From Kiloniellaceae bacterium (lineage in GTDB: Bacteria > Pseudomonadota > Alphaproteobacteria > Kiloniellales > J153): DNA of 64,000 bases. Under the pieces are notes generated by a model, which was given only the letters and a program-made list of their open reading frames with translations, had not been told where the DNA came from and searched no databases. The DNA lies in contig JAJFGL010000030.1 in assembly GCA_021776135.1 (NCBI GenBank), forward strand, positions 27,763-91,762. Reading direction: 5' to 3'. Shown in pieces: positions 1-8,996 of the stretch. Numbering within the stretch: the stretch's first letter is position 1; each line of letters begins with the position of its first letter. The translations under genes were made by a program, and so were the position numbers.

Positions 1-919
1 AGTGGCGCACGCCAACCGTCAGATCGGCTTTGTGCTCACGGTGATATTCCAACATGGCCGCGTAGTTGACGGTGGTCAGTATATCGCCGTTGATCACCAG
101 GGAGGGTTCGCCGTCGTCGAACTGCATTTGGCGCAAGGCGCCCGCCGTGCCCAGGGGCTCGTCTTCATGGCTGTAATTGACGGCCGCGTCGAAGGGACTG
201 CCGTCGCCGATGAATTCCTCGATCTTGCCGGCCTGAAAATGGGTCGTGATATTGATGTTACGGATACCGGCGCCGCGCAGGCTTTCGATGGTGCGCTGAA
301 GCAAGGGCCGGTCGCCGACCTGCAACATGGGCTTCGGCGTATCCTCCGTAAGCGGCCTGAGACGCATGCCGAGGCCGCCGGCCATGATGACGGCGCGCAT
401 GGGCAAGCCATGATCGCGGACAAACCGGCTGAGCAAGGAAAGCGCGACCAAGCGGCCGTTCTCGTCCGTCATGGGCACATGGCGAACGGCGGTTTCGCCC
501 ATCAGGCGGAGTAGCTGCACGGCGGAGGTATCGTAAGGCGCGGTGATGGGTTTTTCATGGACACGCGGAATTCCGTCGTCGTACAGCGCCTTTATCCGGG
601 AATTCAAATCGACACCGCGCAGGATTGCCCGCCTGATATCGCCATCGGTGACCGTGCTGAGAAGTTTCCGTTTCGAATCGACGACCAGGACAAGCCCCTC
701 GCCATTTTGGTCGATCCGCGCGATGGCGTCCTTGATGGTGATGTTGGGGCTGATGCAGAAAGGTTCGATATCCCGGATCGCGACGTCGGGATTCAGCGAA
801 GGACCGGCCGCGAGCAATTGGGATTCGAGCAAGTCAAAGGGGTCCACGCGCTCGGCGTTCGCATCCGTGCCCGCTTGAGCGGAATTGCCGCCCGGATCCT
901 GCACCTTTGTCTTCGCCAT
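1..919 (-). CDS. CBS-domain sugar-phosphate nucleotidyltransferase (PtmE-like, nonulosonic/legionaminic acid pathway); truncated by the window edge
   Basis: Not in the ORF track because it runs off the left edge. Manual translation from ATG 919 gives MAKTKVQD...TIKDAIARIDQNGEGLVLVVD...TDGDIRRAIL (CBS pair), then AVIMAGGLGMRLRPLTEDTPKPML and EDEPLGTAGAL (NTP-transferase motifs). Confidence 0.85.
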   Translation of the reverse strand, partial: MAKTKVQDPGGNSAQAGTDANAERVDPFDLLESQLLAAGPSLNPDVAIRDIEPFCISPNITIKDAIARIDQNGEGLVLVVDSKRKLLSTVTDGDIRRAILRGVDLNSRIKALYDDGIPRVHEKPITAPYDTSAVQLLRLMGETAVRHVPMTDENGRLVALSLLSRFVRDHGLPMRAVIMAGGLGMRLRPLTEDTPKPMLQVGDRPLLQRTIESLRGAGIRNINITTHFQAGKIEEFIGDGSPFDAAVNYSHEDEPLGTAGALRQMQFDDGEPSLVINGDILTTVNYAAMLEYHREHKADLTVGVRH

Positions 920-1067
920 GTGTTTGGCTCGTAGCCACTTTCCCTACCGCTCGTCCGTCTGGCGCCCAGGCCCCGGCGAAGCGGAATACGGTTTACCGGC
1001 GCGCGACGGGAAGCGCCGCGAACCGGGTCCGTCCCCCGGAGAATATCCGGCTAAATATTAAGAAAGT

Positions 1068-1231
1068 TCTTAATGCTTTGAGAGAATTGGCTTTTTGTAC
1101 CCACATCCATGACCGTATCGGAGGGTCACCCAGGTGCCGCTTGGTCAGGCGCGTCACCCTGGTCCAAGGACGCCTCCATGACCTCCAACAGCGCCTCCAG
1201 GCCCTCGCGGAGCCGTCCGGCCAAGGCGCGC
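1068..1231. repeat. 164-bp imperfect direct repeat, copy 1 (copy 2 at 2666-2829)
   Basis: Both copies are 164 bp with the stop codon at the same offset; 26/29 identity at the left end and 64/69 at the right end. Confidence 0.9.
1126..1231 (-). pseudogene. 3' relic of a second maf-type glycosyltransferase gene
   Basis: Encodes RALAGRLREGLEALLEVMEASLDQGDAPDQAAPG*, versus the intact Maf C-terminus RALAGRLREGLKALLEEMEASLERHGAHDGSAPV*. An in-frame stop lies shortly upstream and there is no start codon. Confidence 0.75.
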
Positions 1232-1346
1232 CGGTCAGGAAGGCTGGTGGAGCGTCTTGCTCCAGCCCATCAACGTCGAATTTGCCGTCAAGGGTCGAGA
1301 TCGTTACGGTGATTTTCGGAACGCGGTGCACTAGGCGCGCCCGTGA

Positions 1347-2270
1347 ATGCAAAGAGGCGATTGGAAATTGCTCAGGAAATCCAAACTCCTCCTGAAAGCC
1401 ATCGACTGGTTCGGGCAGGGCGAGAATGTTGTCCAAATGGCACGACAGAAGCTTGAGGGCGAATATCGGGATCAAGACATCATCGAGATCGCCTACGACC
1501 TGCAAGCAGGTAGCTATATTGCAAATCTGACGGACCCGAAAATGCTGACCCATAAGGAGGAGTGGGGGCAGCGCATTGCTGACATCCTTCGATCTCTCGG
1601 TGTTTCGTCTGCTTGTGAGGCCGGCACCGGAGAGGCGACCACTCTGGCGTTCATCGCCGGCGCCGCCGGATCGGAAGTCACTTTTTCCGGCTTTGACATT
1701 TCTCTGAGCCGTACGTTGCACGCCCGCGACTTCTTGGCGCGTAACGGTGTAGAGGCCCGGTTGTTCTGCGCCGACATCTTGCGCATCCCCCTCCCCGATT
1801 CGTCGGTTGACGCCGTGATCACGAACCATAGCATCGAACCGAACGGTGGCTTTGAGCGCCCGCTACTCGAGGAGCTGTTTCGTGTCTGCGCGCGCTATCT
1901 GGTTCTGGTTGAGCCGGATTACGAACGGGGAACGGAAGAGCAGAAGAAGCGGATGCGTGAGCACAATTACGTACGCGGCATCGCCGGTCACCTGGAACAC
2001 CTGCCCGGCCGCCTGCGGACCTATGAAGGCTGGCCGTTGAATGTCAATCCACACAACAAAGCCTCCTTGTTTGTATTCGAGAAACGGGACGGGACAAGAC
2101 CGTCCTCGGAGTTCGACTTCGTCTCTCCGGTCAACAGGAGACCGCTGGCCGAAGTTGGGGGCGAGTTGTTCTGCGCGTCGGAGGGTTTGGTCTATCCGAC
2201 GGTCCTGGGCATTCCAATTCTGCGCGATGAATGCGCGGTCGTGTGCACGCAGGCCGATCGATTCGGCTAA
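1347..2270 (+). CDS. Class I SAM-dependent methyltransferase with a C-terminal Trm112-like domain
   Basis: Motif I EAGTGEATT, acidic FDIS, VDAVITNHSIE; the C-terminus FVSPVNRRPL...EGLVYPTVLGIPIL is Trm112-like. Confidence 0.8.
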   Translation: MQRGDWKLLRKSKLLLKAIDWFGQGENVVQMARQKLEGEYRDQDIIEIAYDLQAGSYIANLTDPKMLTHKEEWGQRIADILRSLGVSSACEAGTGEATTLAFIAGAAGSEVTFSGFDISLSRTLHARDFLARNGVEARLFCADILRIPLPDSSVDAVITNHSIEPNGGFERPLLEELFRVCARYLVLVEPDYERGTEEQKKRMREHNYVRGIAGHLEHLPGRLRTYEGWPLNVNPHNKASLFVFEKRDGTRPSSEFDFVSPVNRRPLAEVGGELFCASEGLVYPTVLGIPILRDECAVVCTQADRFG

Positions 2271-2290
2271 TCTCTAACAGGGACGGCCCC

Positions 2291-2558
2291 CTAGAGCCCT
2301 TTCCGATCATACGGACCCATTCGATGGGCCATATCCGTTCACTCGGCTAAGCTGCGGCGCGCCGCGCGATGCGGGGCATCGGGCAAGCGGCGGAGCGACG
2401 CCGATGGGCGGATATGGCCCACCGCAGGCCGGTATTTCGCGCCCGCTGGACGTCGTTGCGGCCCGCTTGCGGTCGTGAAGACCGCGGCGCGGCCCGCGCC
2501 TAGCCAGCAGACGCGAAATACCGGTCGAATGGGTCCGTATGACCGGAAAGGGCTCTAG
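2291..2558. mobile_element. 268-bp MITE-like element with 34-bp terminal inverted repeats and CTAG ends
   Basis: CTAGAGCCCTTTCCGATCATACGGACCCATTCGA ... TCGAATGGGTCCGTATGACCGGAAAGGGCTCTAG (33/34 match). Two internal inverted-repeat pairs (TGGGCCATATCCG/CGGATATGGCCCA; CCGGTATTTCGCG/CGCGAAATACCGG). No coding capacity. Confidence 0.85.
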
Positions 2559-2665
2559 GCACGGCTCAATCGACCCGCACCGGCAGAAGAACGCTCTCGA
2601 TCATCCGGCCTGATTGGCCGCTAAAGGCGCCCGCGCCGGCTGCCGCCACGCCCTGAAGAACTCGC

Positions 2666-2829
2666 TCTTAATGTATTGAGAGGATTGGCTTTTTATGGCC
2701 CATTTTCGCGGCCATGATGGCGGTCATACAGGGGCTGAACCATCGTGCGCGCCGTGCCGCTCCAAGGACGCCTCCATCTCCTCCAGAAGCGCCTTCAGGC
2801 CCTCGCGGAGCCGTCCGGCCAAGGCGCGC
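2666..2829. repeat. 164-bp imperfect direct repeat, copy 2 (maf 3' end plus 58 bp downstream)
   Basis: Matches 1068-1231. Confidence 0.9.
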
Positions 2830-4712
2830 AACTCCTCCGCGGCCATGCGCCGGTAGGGGTCAACATGGCTGGGATCGCAAATACGGCGGTCGTACCAGGA
2901 CGCGCAGCCAACGGCGAGTTGCAGGGTACCGCTCAGAAACGAGGCGGTGGCCGGGCTTCTATGCCGCATCGCCTGAATGGCGTCGCAAATCCCCTCGAGC
3001 CAATCGGCGTCCGGCCCCGGGTCCGCCGCCAAGGATCCGAGAATATCCTCCATATGATCGAGGATCTCATTACCGTGCGCACGGATATCGATCTGGTGCC
3101 ACTCTTTGGACCAGCGTTCGCGGGGGCAGCGGGCCAAGCCTTGGGAAATCTCGCGTACCACGGCGGCCCGGTCGATCTCGCTCTCCGGCAGCTCGATGGC
3201 GCGCGCGACTTTCGGTATGGCCCCGTCGATGCGGACACCATTGCTGCAATTGTAGACCTGGACCGTGCGATAGCCGTTCAGCGTGTTTTCGAGAACCTTG
3301 CGCGACCAGTCATAAATAAGCGACCCGGTGGCGTCGCCGCCTAGGTTTCCAGGATAGGATTGAGAGGCTTTCGTAATCTCGTCCAGCACACCGATACCAT
3401 AGACCGAATCCTTGGCGTGGAACTTGCCGTCCGACTTGGTGCCCATATCGACGCCGAAAAGGTAGACCTTGCGAAAGCCGAGGCGGATGGCCGATACCAG
3501 CGCCGAATTCGCGACCGTCGGCCCAGCGGGTTGCAGGATCGGAAACGGCCCGCCGAAGACATGCGACGAGGACACGCTTTCGCGAAAGTAATAGATCGCG
3601 CGGTCGAATTTGGCCGCCAGTTCCGGCAGAACCGTCGCCGAGGCGATGAGGGTCACGCCGCCGAGGTCGAACTCCTTGGCGGTCGCCTCGATGACCTGGA
3701 GGTTTTCGATCGCGTTCTCCAACTCGATGTGAAAATCGGGCCGGATACCTTGGACCAGAAGCGACCGCAGTCCGGTTCCGATCGACATCAGCATCGCCTG
3801 TCCGGCATGGGCGGCGATAAAGTCTAAATCCGCTTCGACGGAAGGACCGCTGCCGATCACGAACAAGGCTTCGTCGCGATCGGATAAGTACTGCCCCAAG
3901 ATCTCCGTCGCCCCGGAGGCGAGGTTGCCAATCGCGTTGCGGCACATGTTTATCTCGTCGTCGAAAAAACCCAGGCCCGAGACCGTTAGGAAAAGATCGC
4001 GTCGGATCAAGTACTTCGCCCGGTCGAGAATGACCGAGTTATAGTTCATATACAGGCCGACCCCGTCCAGGAGGGTCGGATTGTTACCGCGCAGAACCTG
4101 GCCGGCCTTGGCCGCGATCTCGGCCGGTTTTTGGGCGACGATCAAGCTGAAGCGCACGCCCTGACGGTCGCCGAATTCGAACAAGGCGGCCCAGTCGGTC
4201 ACAAAAAGCGAATGGTACAGGTACTCGAGGTTCGGTTCGATCAGGATCGCGACCTTGGCTTGGCTTTGCTCAATCGCGCTTTGCAAATGAAGGCCCAGGC
4301 CGATTCCGAAAATGAGCAGAAAATGGCTATTCGGGTGGGGTTTGGCGGGATCGTAGGCGATTCCGGCTCCGCTCATGCGATCGAGAAGCGCCTGGCAAAA
4401 ACTGCCGGTCATGCCTTTCATATTTTCCGGGTCGGGCTCGTTGATGAGCTCGCGGACCGGGGCTTTGGCAAACTGCTCGATCTGCGCGCCGGCATGCGCG
4501 ACCGCATCCTGGCCGTAGAGTCTCTGGCCCCGGAAACCGATATCGATTCCACCGTCCGGATCGACGATCAAATCGGTGTTCGTCGCTTCGATGGCGGCCA
4601 GGCGGCTATAGAGATAGGGGGCCCACTGTTTGATGGCGGCAAGGTTGTTCTGAAAAAATTCGTTCGGCGCCGGCGCCTCCTGAATGCTTGCGTGTGTTGC
4701 CGATTCGCTCAC
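2724..4712 (-). CDS. maf: Motility-associated factor (Maf/DUF115) flagellin glycosyltransferase
   Basis: 662 aa; IFGIGLGLHL, LIEPN, GLGFFDDE, VIGSGPS, GIRPDFHIELE, PTVANSA, YLFGVDMG; adjacent to flagellar regulators. Confidence 0.85.
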   Translation of the reverse strand: MSESATHASIQEAPAPNEFFQNNLAAIKQWAPYLYSRLAAIEATNTDLIVDPDGGIDIGFRGQRLYGQDAVAHAGAQIEQFAKAPVRELINEPDPENMKGMTGSFCQALLDRMSGAGIAYDPAKPHPNSHFLLIFGIGLGLHLQSAIEQSQAKVAILIEPNLEYLYHSLFVTDWAALFEFGDRQGVRFSLIVAQKPAEIAAKAGQVLRGNNPTLLDGVGLYMNYNSVILDRAKYLIRRDLFLTVSGLGFFDDEINMCRNAIGNLASGATEILGQYLSDRDEALFVIGSGPSVEADLDFIAAHAGQAMLMSIGTGLRSLLVQGIRPDFHIELENAIENLQVIEATAKEFDLGGVTLIASATVLPELAAKFDRAIYYFRESVSSSHVFGGPFPILQPAGPTVANSALVSAIRLGFRKVYLFGVDMGTKSDGKFHAKDSVYGIGVLDEITKASQSYPGNLGGDATGSLIYDWSRKVLENTLNGYRTVQVYNCSNGVRIDGAIPKVARAIELPESEIDRAAVVREISQGLARCPRERWSKEWHQIDIRAHGNEILDHMEDILGSLAADPGPDADWLEGICDAIQAMRHRSPATASFLSGTLQLAVGCASWYDRRICDPSHVDPYRRMAAEELRALAGRLREGLKALLEEMEASLERHGAHDGSAPV

Positions 4713-4858
4713 GTCTTCATTCCCATCTCAATCCCTGATTTCTCCCTACGAGCTTCATACGGGGAGAGCGGATAAAACATACGTGTGTTGGTAAATGTCA
4801 TAACCAAGTCAGCAAAAGCCTATATCGATTTCATACGGTTTCTTTACCAGCCCCGTGT

Positions 4859-4873
4859 TTAACCGTTCCTTAA
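4859..4873. promoter_or_regulatory. CtrA box between the divergent maf and flbT genes
   Basis: TTAA-CCGTTCC-TTAA is a perfect TTAA-N7-TTAA. Confidence 0.75.
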
Positions 4874-4923
4874 GAGCGTTTCTTTACGCTTGCCAAACTT
4901 ATTTTACCGATCGGGATTTTGAC

Positions 4924-5313
4924 ATGCCTTTGAAGCTGTCCGTCAGTAAGGGGGAGCGGTTTATCGTCAACGGCGTAGCGATCCGCAACGCTGGCGATTC
5001 CGCCGAACTCATTTTCGAAAACCAGGCGCAAATCCTGCGTCAGAAAGACATTCTGACTGCGGAAACCGCCACCACACCGGCGGCGCGCGCCTATCTCGCC
5101 CTCCAGTGCGCCTATCTGTTTCCGGATAAATCGGCACACTATCTCAGCCAATTCAAAGAATTCCTGGACGATTTTCTCGAGGCCGCGCCGAGCGCGCAAA
5201 CCATCGCCGACGAGATCATGGAGAACCTGCGCGCGGACAAGCTGTATCAAGGTTTAAAGGCTTGCAGCCGCCTGATCGGTCATGAGAACGAGGTCCTGGC
5301 GCATGTCGTATGA
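4924..5313 (+). CDS. flbT: Flagellin translational regulator FlbT
   Basis: MPLKLSVSKGERFIVNG...ILRQKDILT...TTPA...YQGLKACSRLI; start moved from 4855 to ATG 4924. Confidence 0.9.
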   Translation: MPLKLSVSKGERFIVNGVAIRNAGDSAELIFENQAQILRQKDILTAETATTPAARAYLALQCAYLFPDKSAHYLSQFKEFLDDFLEAAPSAQTIADEIMENLRADKLYQGLKACSRLIGHENEVLAHVV

Positions 5314-5725
5314 GACGGCGGCGCGGTCCTACGAACACCGGCGCGCTAAAGGAGGCAACCCCCGGGAAACCGAGGGCCGGGCCCTGCTTGAATCGGCGCG
5401 GCGCATGTCCGAGGCGCAGAACAAACCCGAGGACAAGGTAGGCCTAAGCGCGGTCGCACGCCTGAACTGGCGGCTCTGGACCATCTTACAGTCCGAACTC
5501 TGCGCGCCGGAGTGCGCCCTGCCGCCGGAAATCCGCACCAACATGCTCAACCTCAGCAATTTCATTGACAAAAAAATGGTCGGATTTCTGGCCAACCCGG
5601 CGCCGGAAAAGCTCGATGTGCTGATCAACATTAACCGGCAGATCGCCTCCGGGCTATTGGCCGCGGCCGGCGGCCCGGACGACAGCCCCGCCGGCGATAA
5701 GAGTGGCTCCCGCCAAACCGCCTAG
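5303..5725 (+). CDS. flaF: Flagellar biosynthesis regulator FlaF
   Basis: NPRETEGRAL, NWRLWTI, LPPEIRTNMLNLS, LININRQIASGL; overlaps flbT. Confidence 0.9.
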   Translation: MSYETAARSYEHRRAKGGNPRETEGRALLESARRMSEAQNKPEDKVGLSAVARLNWRLWTILQSELCAPECALPPEIRTNMLNLSNFIDKKMVGFLANPAPEKLDVLININRQIASGLLAAAGGPDDSPAGDKSGSRQTA

Positions 5726-5734
5726 CCGCGATTC

Positions 5735-5764
5735 AGGGGCCCGCCAGGGCCCCTTATTATTTTT
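5735..5764 (+). terminator. Intrinsic terminator after flaF
   Basis: AGGGGCCC-GCCA-GGGCCCCT followed by TATTATTTTT. Confidence 0.75.
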
Positions 5765-5866
5765 CACCGGATCATATGAAGAAAAGGTGCGGCTACCTGC
5801 CGCATTGCGGACGGCTGCCTGCCGCCGCTCGCCGGTCAGGTGTCGCGGACCGGCATTAACAATAAA

Positions 5867-5881
5867 GCAAAGGGCGTGCCA
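5867..5881 (-). promoter_or_regulatory. sigma54 (-24/-12) promoter facing left, with no downstream CDS
   Basis: Minus strand TGGCAC-GCCCT-TTGC, an exact TGGCAC-N5-TTGC. Confidence 0.65.
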
Positions 5882-5945
5882 TGACGGGCGCGGCCGGTAA
5901 ACATGGATATATCGCGCTTGCATGGCGCGCCGTCCCTTGGGCGGC

Positions 5946-6002
5946 CGGCATGATTGGCGTCCACGCGGCACGTATTACCCATCCGCACAGCAAGATCTGC
6001 CG
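5946..6002. promoter_or_regulatory. Cluster of ftr-like (FlbD enhancer) elements
   Basis: Degenerate CGGC-N7-GCCG copies at 5946, 5966 and 5988 (best CAGCAAGATCTGCCG), spaced 20-22 bp, between two divergent sigma54 promoters. Confidence 0.4.
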
Positions 6003-6086
6003 CCATCTCCCCGCCTGCCTCGAAGCGGTGCGGGGAAAACGCGATGGGACGGCGCATTTCAAGGCGCTCCCAGGACGGCCCTGGGT

Positions 6087-6101
6087 TGGCATGACTGTTG
6101 C
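6087..6101 (+). promoter_or_regulatory. sigma54 promoter of the fliS-like/fliK/flgD/flgE hook operon
   Basis: TGGCAT-GACTG-TTGC; hook operons are sigma54/FlbD class III genes in Caulobacter. Confidence 0.7.
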
Positions 6102-6197
6102 GTTGACTAGCGGGCCGGGGTGTCCCGGCTGGGGTTTGCTGGCGCCGGTCTTGACCGCGCGGTGGGCCGGGACCGGAACGAAGGATTGTTATCCGCC

Positions 6198-6599
6198 ATG
6201 GCTTTAACGGACATGCACACAAGCAGAGATGCGCGCGGCCTGGAAATGGAGCCGGGTGGCCTGCTTCCGGCCGCTCCGCCGTATCATTGCGCCGTCGCTA
6301 TCGGTGCCTTGGAAAGGGCGACGAACGCCATCGCATGCGCCGATATCGAAGCGCGCTGCAAGGCCGTCGCGACGGCGACCGAGGCCATGACGGCCCTGTT
6401 TCTTGACTTCGACGGTAAGTGCCAGGATTTCCCGGCCCAAGGCGCGGGACCGCTCTATGAGTCGATCCTGGGGCGGCTTTTGAACATCAACCTCTACAAC
6501 AACTCCGAGTGTGCGCATGAGGCGATCGCCATGATCGAACAACTGCGCGATGCCTATGCGCCAGCGGTCAAGTGGGCCGGGCACGGAACCAAACCTTAG
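6198..6599 (+). CDS. Divergent FliS-like flagellar export chaperone
   Basis: AIGALERATNAIACADIEARCKAV...LYESILGRLLNINLYNN...EAIAMIEQLRDAY follows the FliS helical pattern; start uncertain. Confidence 0.55.
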   Translation: MALTDMHTSRDARGLEMEPGGLLPAAPPYHCAVAIGALERATNAIACADIEARCKAVATATEAMTALFLDFDGKCQDFPAQGAGPLYESILGRLLNINLYNNSECAHEAIAMIEQLRDAYAPAVKWAGHGTKP

Positions 6600-6612
6600 T
6601 TTTTTCGAGAGG

Positions 6613-8223
6613 ATGGCAACCAGGATGGTAGCCCAGGCGATATTTCCATATGAGACCGGCGGCGCGTCTAGCCGAGAGCGCGCCCCGCAAGGCAAGAGCG
6701 ATGCGTTCGAAACCATGCTGCGCGACTATGAAGCGCGCGGCAATGACAAGGGCGGCGAAACCGCGCGTTCCGATGCATCGCGCGACCGCGCCGAGCATGA
6801 CGCGGAGCTTTCAGCCAAGGCGTGGCGCGAATTCGACGCGGCACAAGATGCCCGCGACATAAACCGGAATAGAGACACGAGCGACGAACCGCCCTTAGCC
6901 AACAATTTCCAGGCGGCCGGCGAAAACCCGGCCCAGAGCGGCCGCACGGACGAAACGCGGCCAAGCGCCGAGCGCCCCGGGCAGAACGGGCAGGCGGCTA
7001 CGCCTCAAGCAACCGCACCTCAAGCGGATACTCTAGGATCCGGTAACCTAACCAAGAACGGCGCCGCACCGGCCGGAACCGGGCTAGATGGAAAGGGCGC
7101 GCCGAACGTCGTGGCGGACCCAGCCTTGGCTGGAAAGCCGGCGCTGGGCGCCACCCCTTCCAAACAATCCGCCCCTGCCGTCACAGCGCCTACGATAGCG
7201 GTCACCGCCGGGCGGGATGCGGTTGGCCCCAAAATACCCTTGAACACCGCGGCGAACCCGGCTGTACCCGGCGAAACCGCTAACGCTAACGTGGCCGCGC
7301 CAGCCGCCGCCAAAGAAATTATAAGCACCTTGCCGGCGGCGGCTGAAGCGGCAGCCCCGCTTACCGCGTCGCAGGTCGAGCGTACCCAAGCTTCCGGAGT
7401 CCCAGCGTCAGGGAGCGAAGCGCAGGCGGCCGTAGGATTCCCGGTCAAAGGGGCGCAGACCCCGGCCACGGTAAAAACTCAGACCGACCGCGCCGGGAAT
7501 AAGAGCCCCGCCAGCGCCAGCCCCGCCGCGACGGTAAAGGTCCCGGAGCTTCAAGCCGAGGCCAAGCAAGCCGCGCCCACCAATCCGGCGCCGGTAAACC
7601 CGTCCCCGCAGAACCCGGGTCAAAGGACAGCGAAAACCGGCGATACGGTGGCTGATTTATTCACCGCCGCCGCCAAGGCCGCCACCCCGGCGGGAACCGC
7701 CGCTCAGACGCCGGCAAGCCCTGCCGGCTTCGACCCGATGCAGCTCACGGCCCGCGCGGCGGCCGCGCCGCCAGCTATAGCCCCGGCCACGGATCGGCCG
7801 GTTCCGCCCAGCGAAGTGGCCGTGAATATTCAGCGCGCCGTGGCCCGGGGCGAGAACCGGATACGCATCCAGCTCCACCCGGCTGAGCTTGGGCAGGTCG
7901 ATGTCCGCTTGAAAATCGGCGCCGATGGGATCGTCCGGGCCATGGTTCAGGTCGATCGCCCGGAAACACTCGACCTCATGCAACGCGATGTGCGCGGCCT
8001 GGAGCGCGCCCTACAGGATGCCGGCCTCAAAACGGATTCCGGAAGCCTTAACTTCAACCTGCGCGATCGCGGCGAGGACGGCCCGCAAGACCGGCGCGAT
8101 GGTAAGGAAACCGCCATGGCCGGGCGCGAAGAGTCCGATACGAATTCGTCAGGCAACGCCGAGACGGCGGAGATAGCGGCGCGCACCTTCGGGTCCAACC
8201 GCGTGCTGGACATGCGTGTCTAA
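6613..8223 (+). CDS. fliK: Flagellar hook-length control protein FliK
   Basis: Long Ala/Pro-rich region, then RIRIQLHPAELGQVDVRL...ETLDLMQRD..LERALQDAGL..LNFNL; lies upstream of flgD. Confidence 0.9.
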   Translation: MATRMVAQAIFPYETGGASSRERAPQGKSDAFETMLRDYEARGNDKGGETARSDASRDRAEHDAELSAKAWREFDAAQDARDINRNRDTSDEPPLANNFQAAGENPAQSGRTDETRPSAERPGQNGQAATPQATAPQADTLGSGNLTKNGAAPAGTGLDGKGAPNVVADPALAGKPALGATPSKQSAPAVTAPTIAVTAGRDAVGPKIPLNTAANPAVPGETANANVAAPAAAKEIISTLPAAAEAAAPLTASQVERTQASGVPASGSEAQAAVGFPVKGAQTPATVKTQTDRAGNKSPASASPAATVKVPELQAEAKQAAPTNPAPVNPSPQNPGQRTAKTGDTVADLFTAAAKAATPAGTAAQTPASPAGFDPMQLTARAAAAPPAIAPATDRPVPPSEVAVNIQRAVARGENRIRIQLHPAELGQVDVRLKIGADGIVRAMVQVDRPETLDLMQRDVRGLERALQDAGLKTDSGSLNFNLRDRGEDGPQDRRDGKETAMAGREESDTNSSGNAETAEIAARTFGSNRVLDMRV

Positions 8224-8247
8224 ACCGAGTCCAAGGAGTTCAGAATC

Positions 8248-8916
8248 ATGGAAATCAATGGCGTAGGCTTCAAGACGGCAGAGGGCCAAGCGGGCTCAGC
8301 CCAGTCCCTGGCCGATAACTTCGATACCTTCTTGGCGCTGCTGACAACCCAGCTTCAAAATCAGGACCCTCTCGAACCGCTGGATAGCGCGCAGTTCACC
8401 GAACAGCTGGTCCAATTTAGCGGTGTCGAGCAGGCCATTCAGACCAACAAAAAACTGGATGAAATGCTCGCTTCCCAGGCCGACAATCAGTTGACCGGCG
8501 CGGTCTCCTATATCGGCAAATCCGCCGAGTTCGTATCCGACAAGCTATTCCTGTCGGATGGCGCGTCGAAAATCAGCTATGGCCTGGACGCTAAGGCGGC
8601 GCAAACGACCATCAGCATCGTCGATTCCGCCGGGCGCGTGGTGCGCACCGTATCCGGCGAGACCGGCAGCGGACGCCACGAATATGTCTGGGACGGTTTG
8701 GACTCCAGCGGTTCCCAACTTCCGGACGGAGTCTATAACTTTTCGGTGACCGCGGTCACCGCCGACAACGAAACCATAGGAACGGTGAGCGCCACCTTTG
8801 GCGATGTCACCGGCGTCGAGATCGTCGAAGGTATCGCCACCTTGATCGTGGGCGGCCTGGGCGGCGTCTCCTTCGAGCAGATTTTCGCCATACGAGAGAA
8901 TGAATCCGAGGCCTAG
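8248..8916 (+). CDS. flgD: Hook capping protein FlgD
   Basis: FLALLTTQLQNQDPLEP, QLVQFSGVEQ, WDG...LPDGVY. Confidence 0.95.
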   Translation: MEINGVGFKTAEGQAGSAQSLADNFDTFLALLTTQLQNQDPLEPLDSAQFTEQLVQFSGVEQAIQTNKKLDEMLASQADNQLTGAVSYIGKSAEFVSDKLFLSDGASKISYGLDAKAAQTTISIVDSAGRVVRTVSGETGSGRHEYVWDGLDSSGSQLPDGVYNFSVTAVTADNETIGTVSATFGDVTGVEIVEGIATLIVGGLGGVSFEQIFAIRENESEA

Positions 8917-8996
8917 AAGGGATTTTCCGCCCAACACCCTTTGGGCGTTCGTGGCCGGGGCATGATGGCCCGGCCAGATTATAAGGAAGTAGCAGG

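Noticed and set aside
2-934. Plus-strand ORFs 2..514, 543..878 and 557..934
   Set aside because: Antisense shadows of the minus-strand CBS-nucleotidyltransferase.
1058-1073. TTAA...TTAA as a CtrA box
   Set aside because: The spacer is 8 nt rather than 7; the pair at 10374-10390 has 9 nt.
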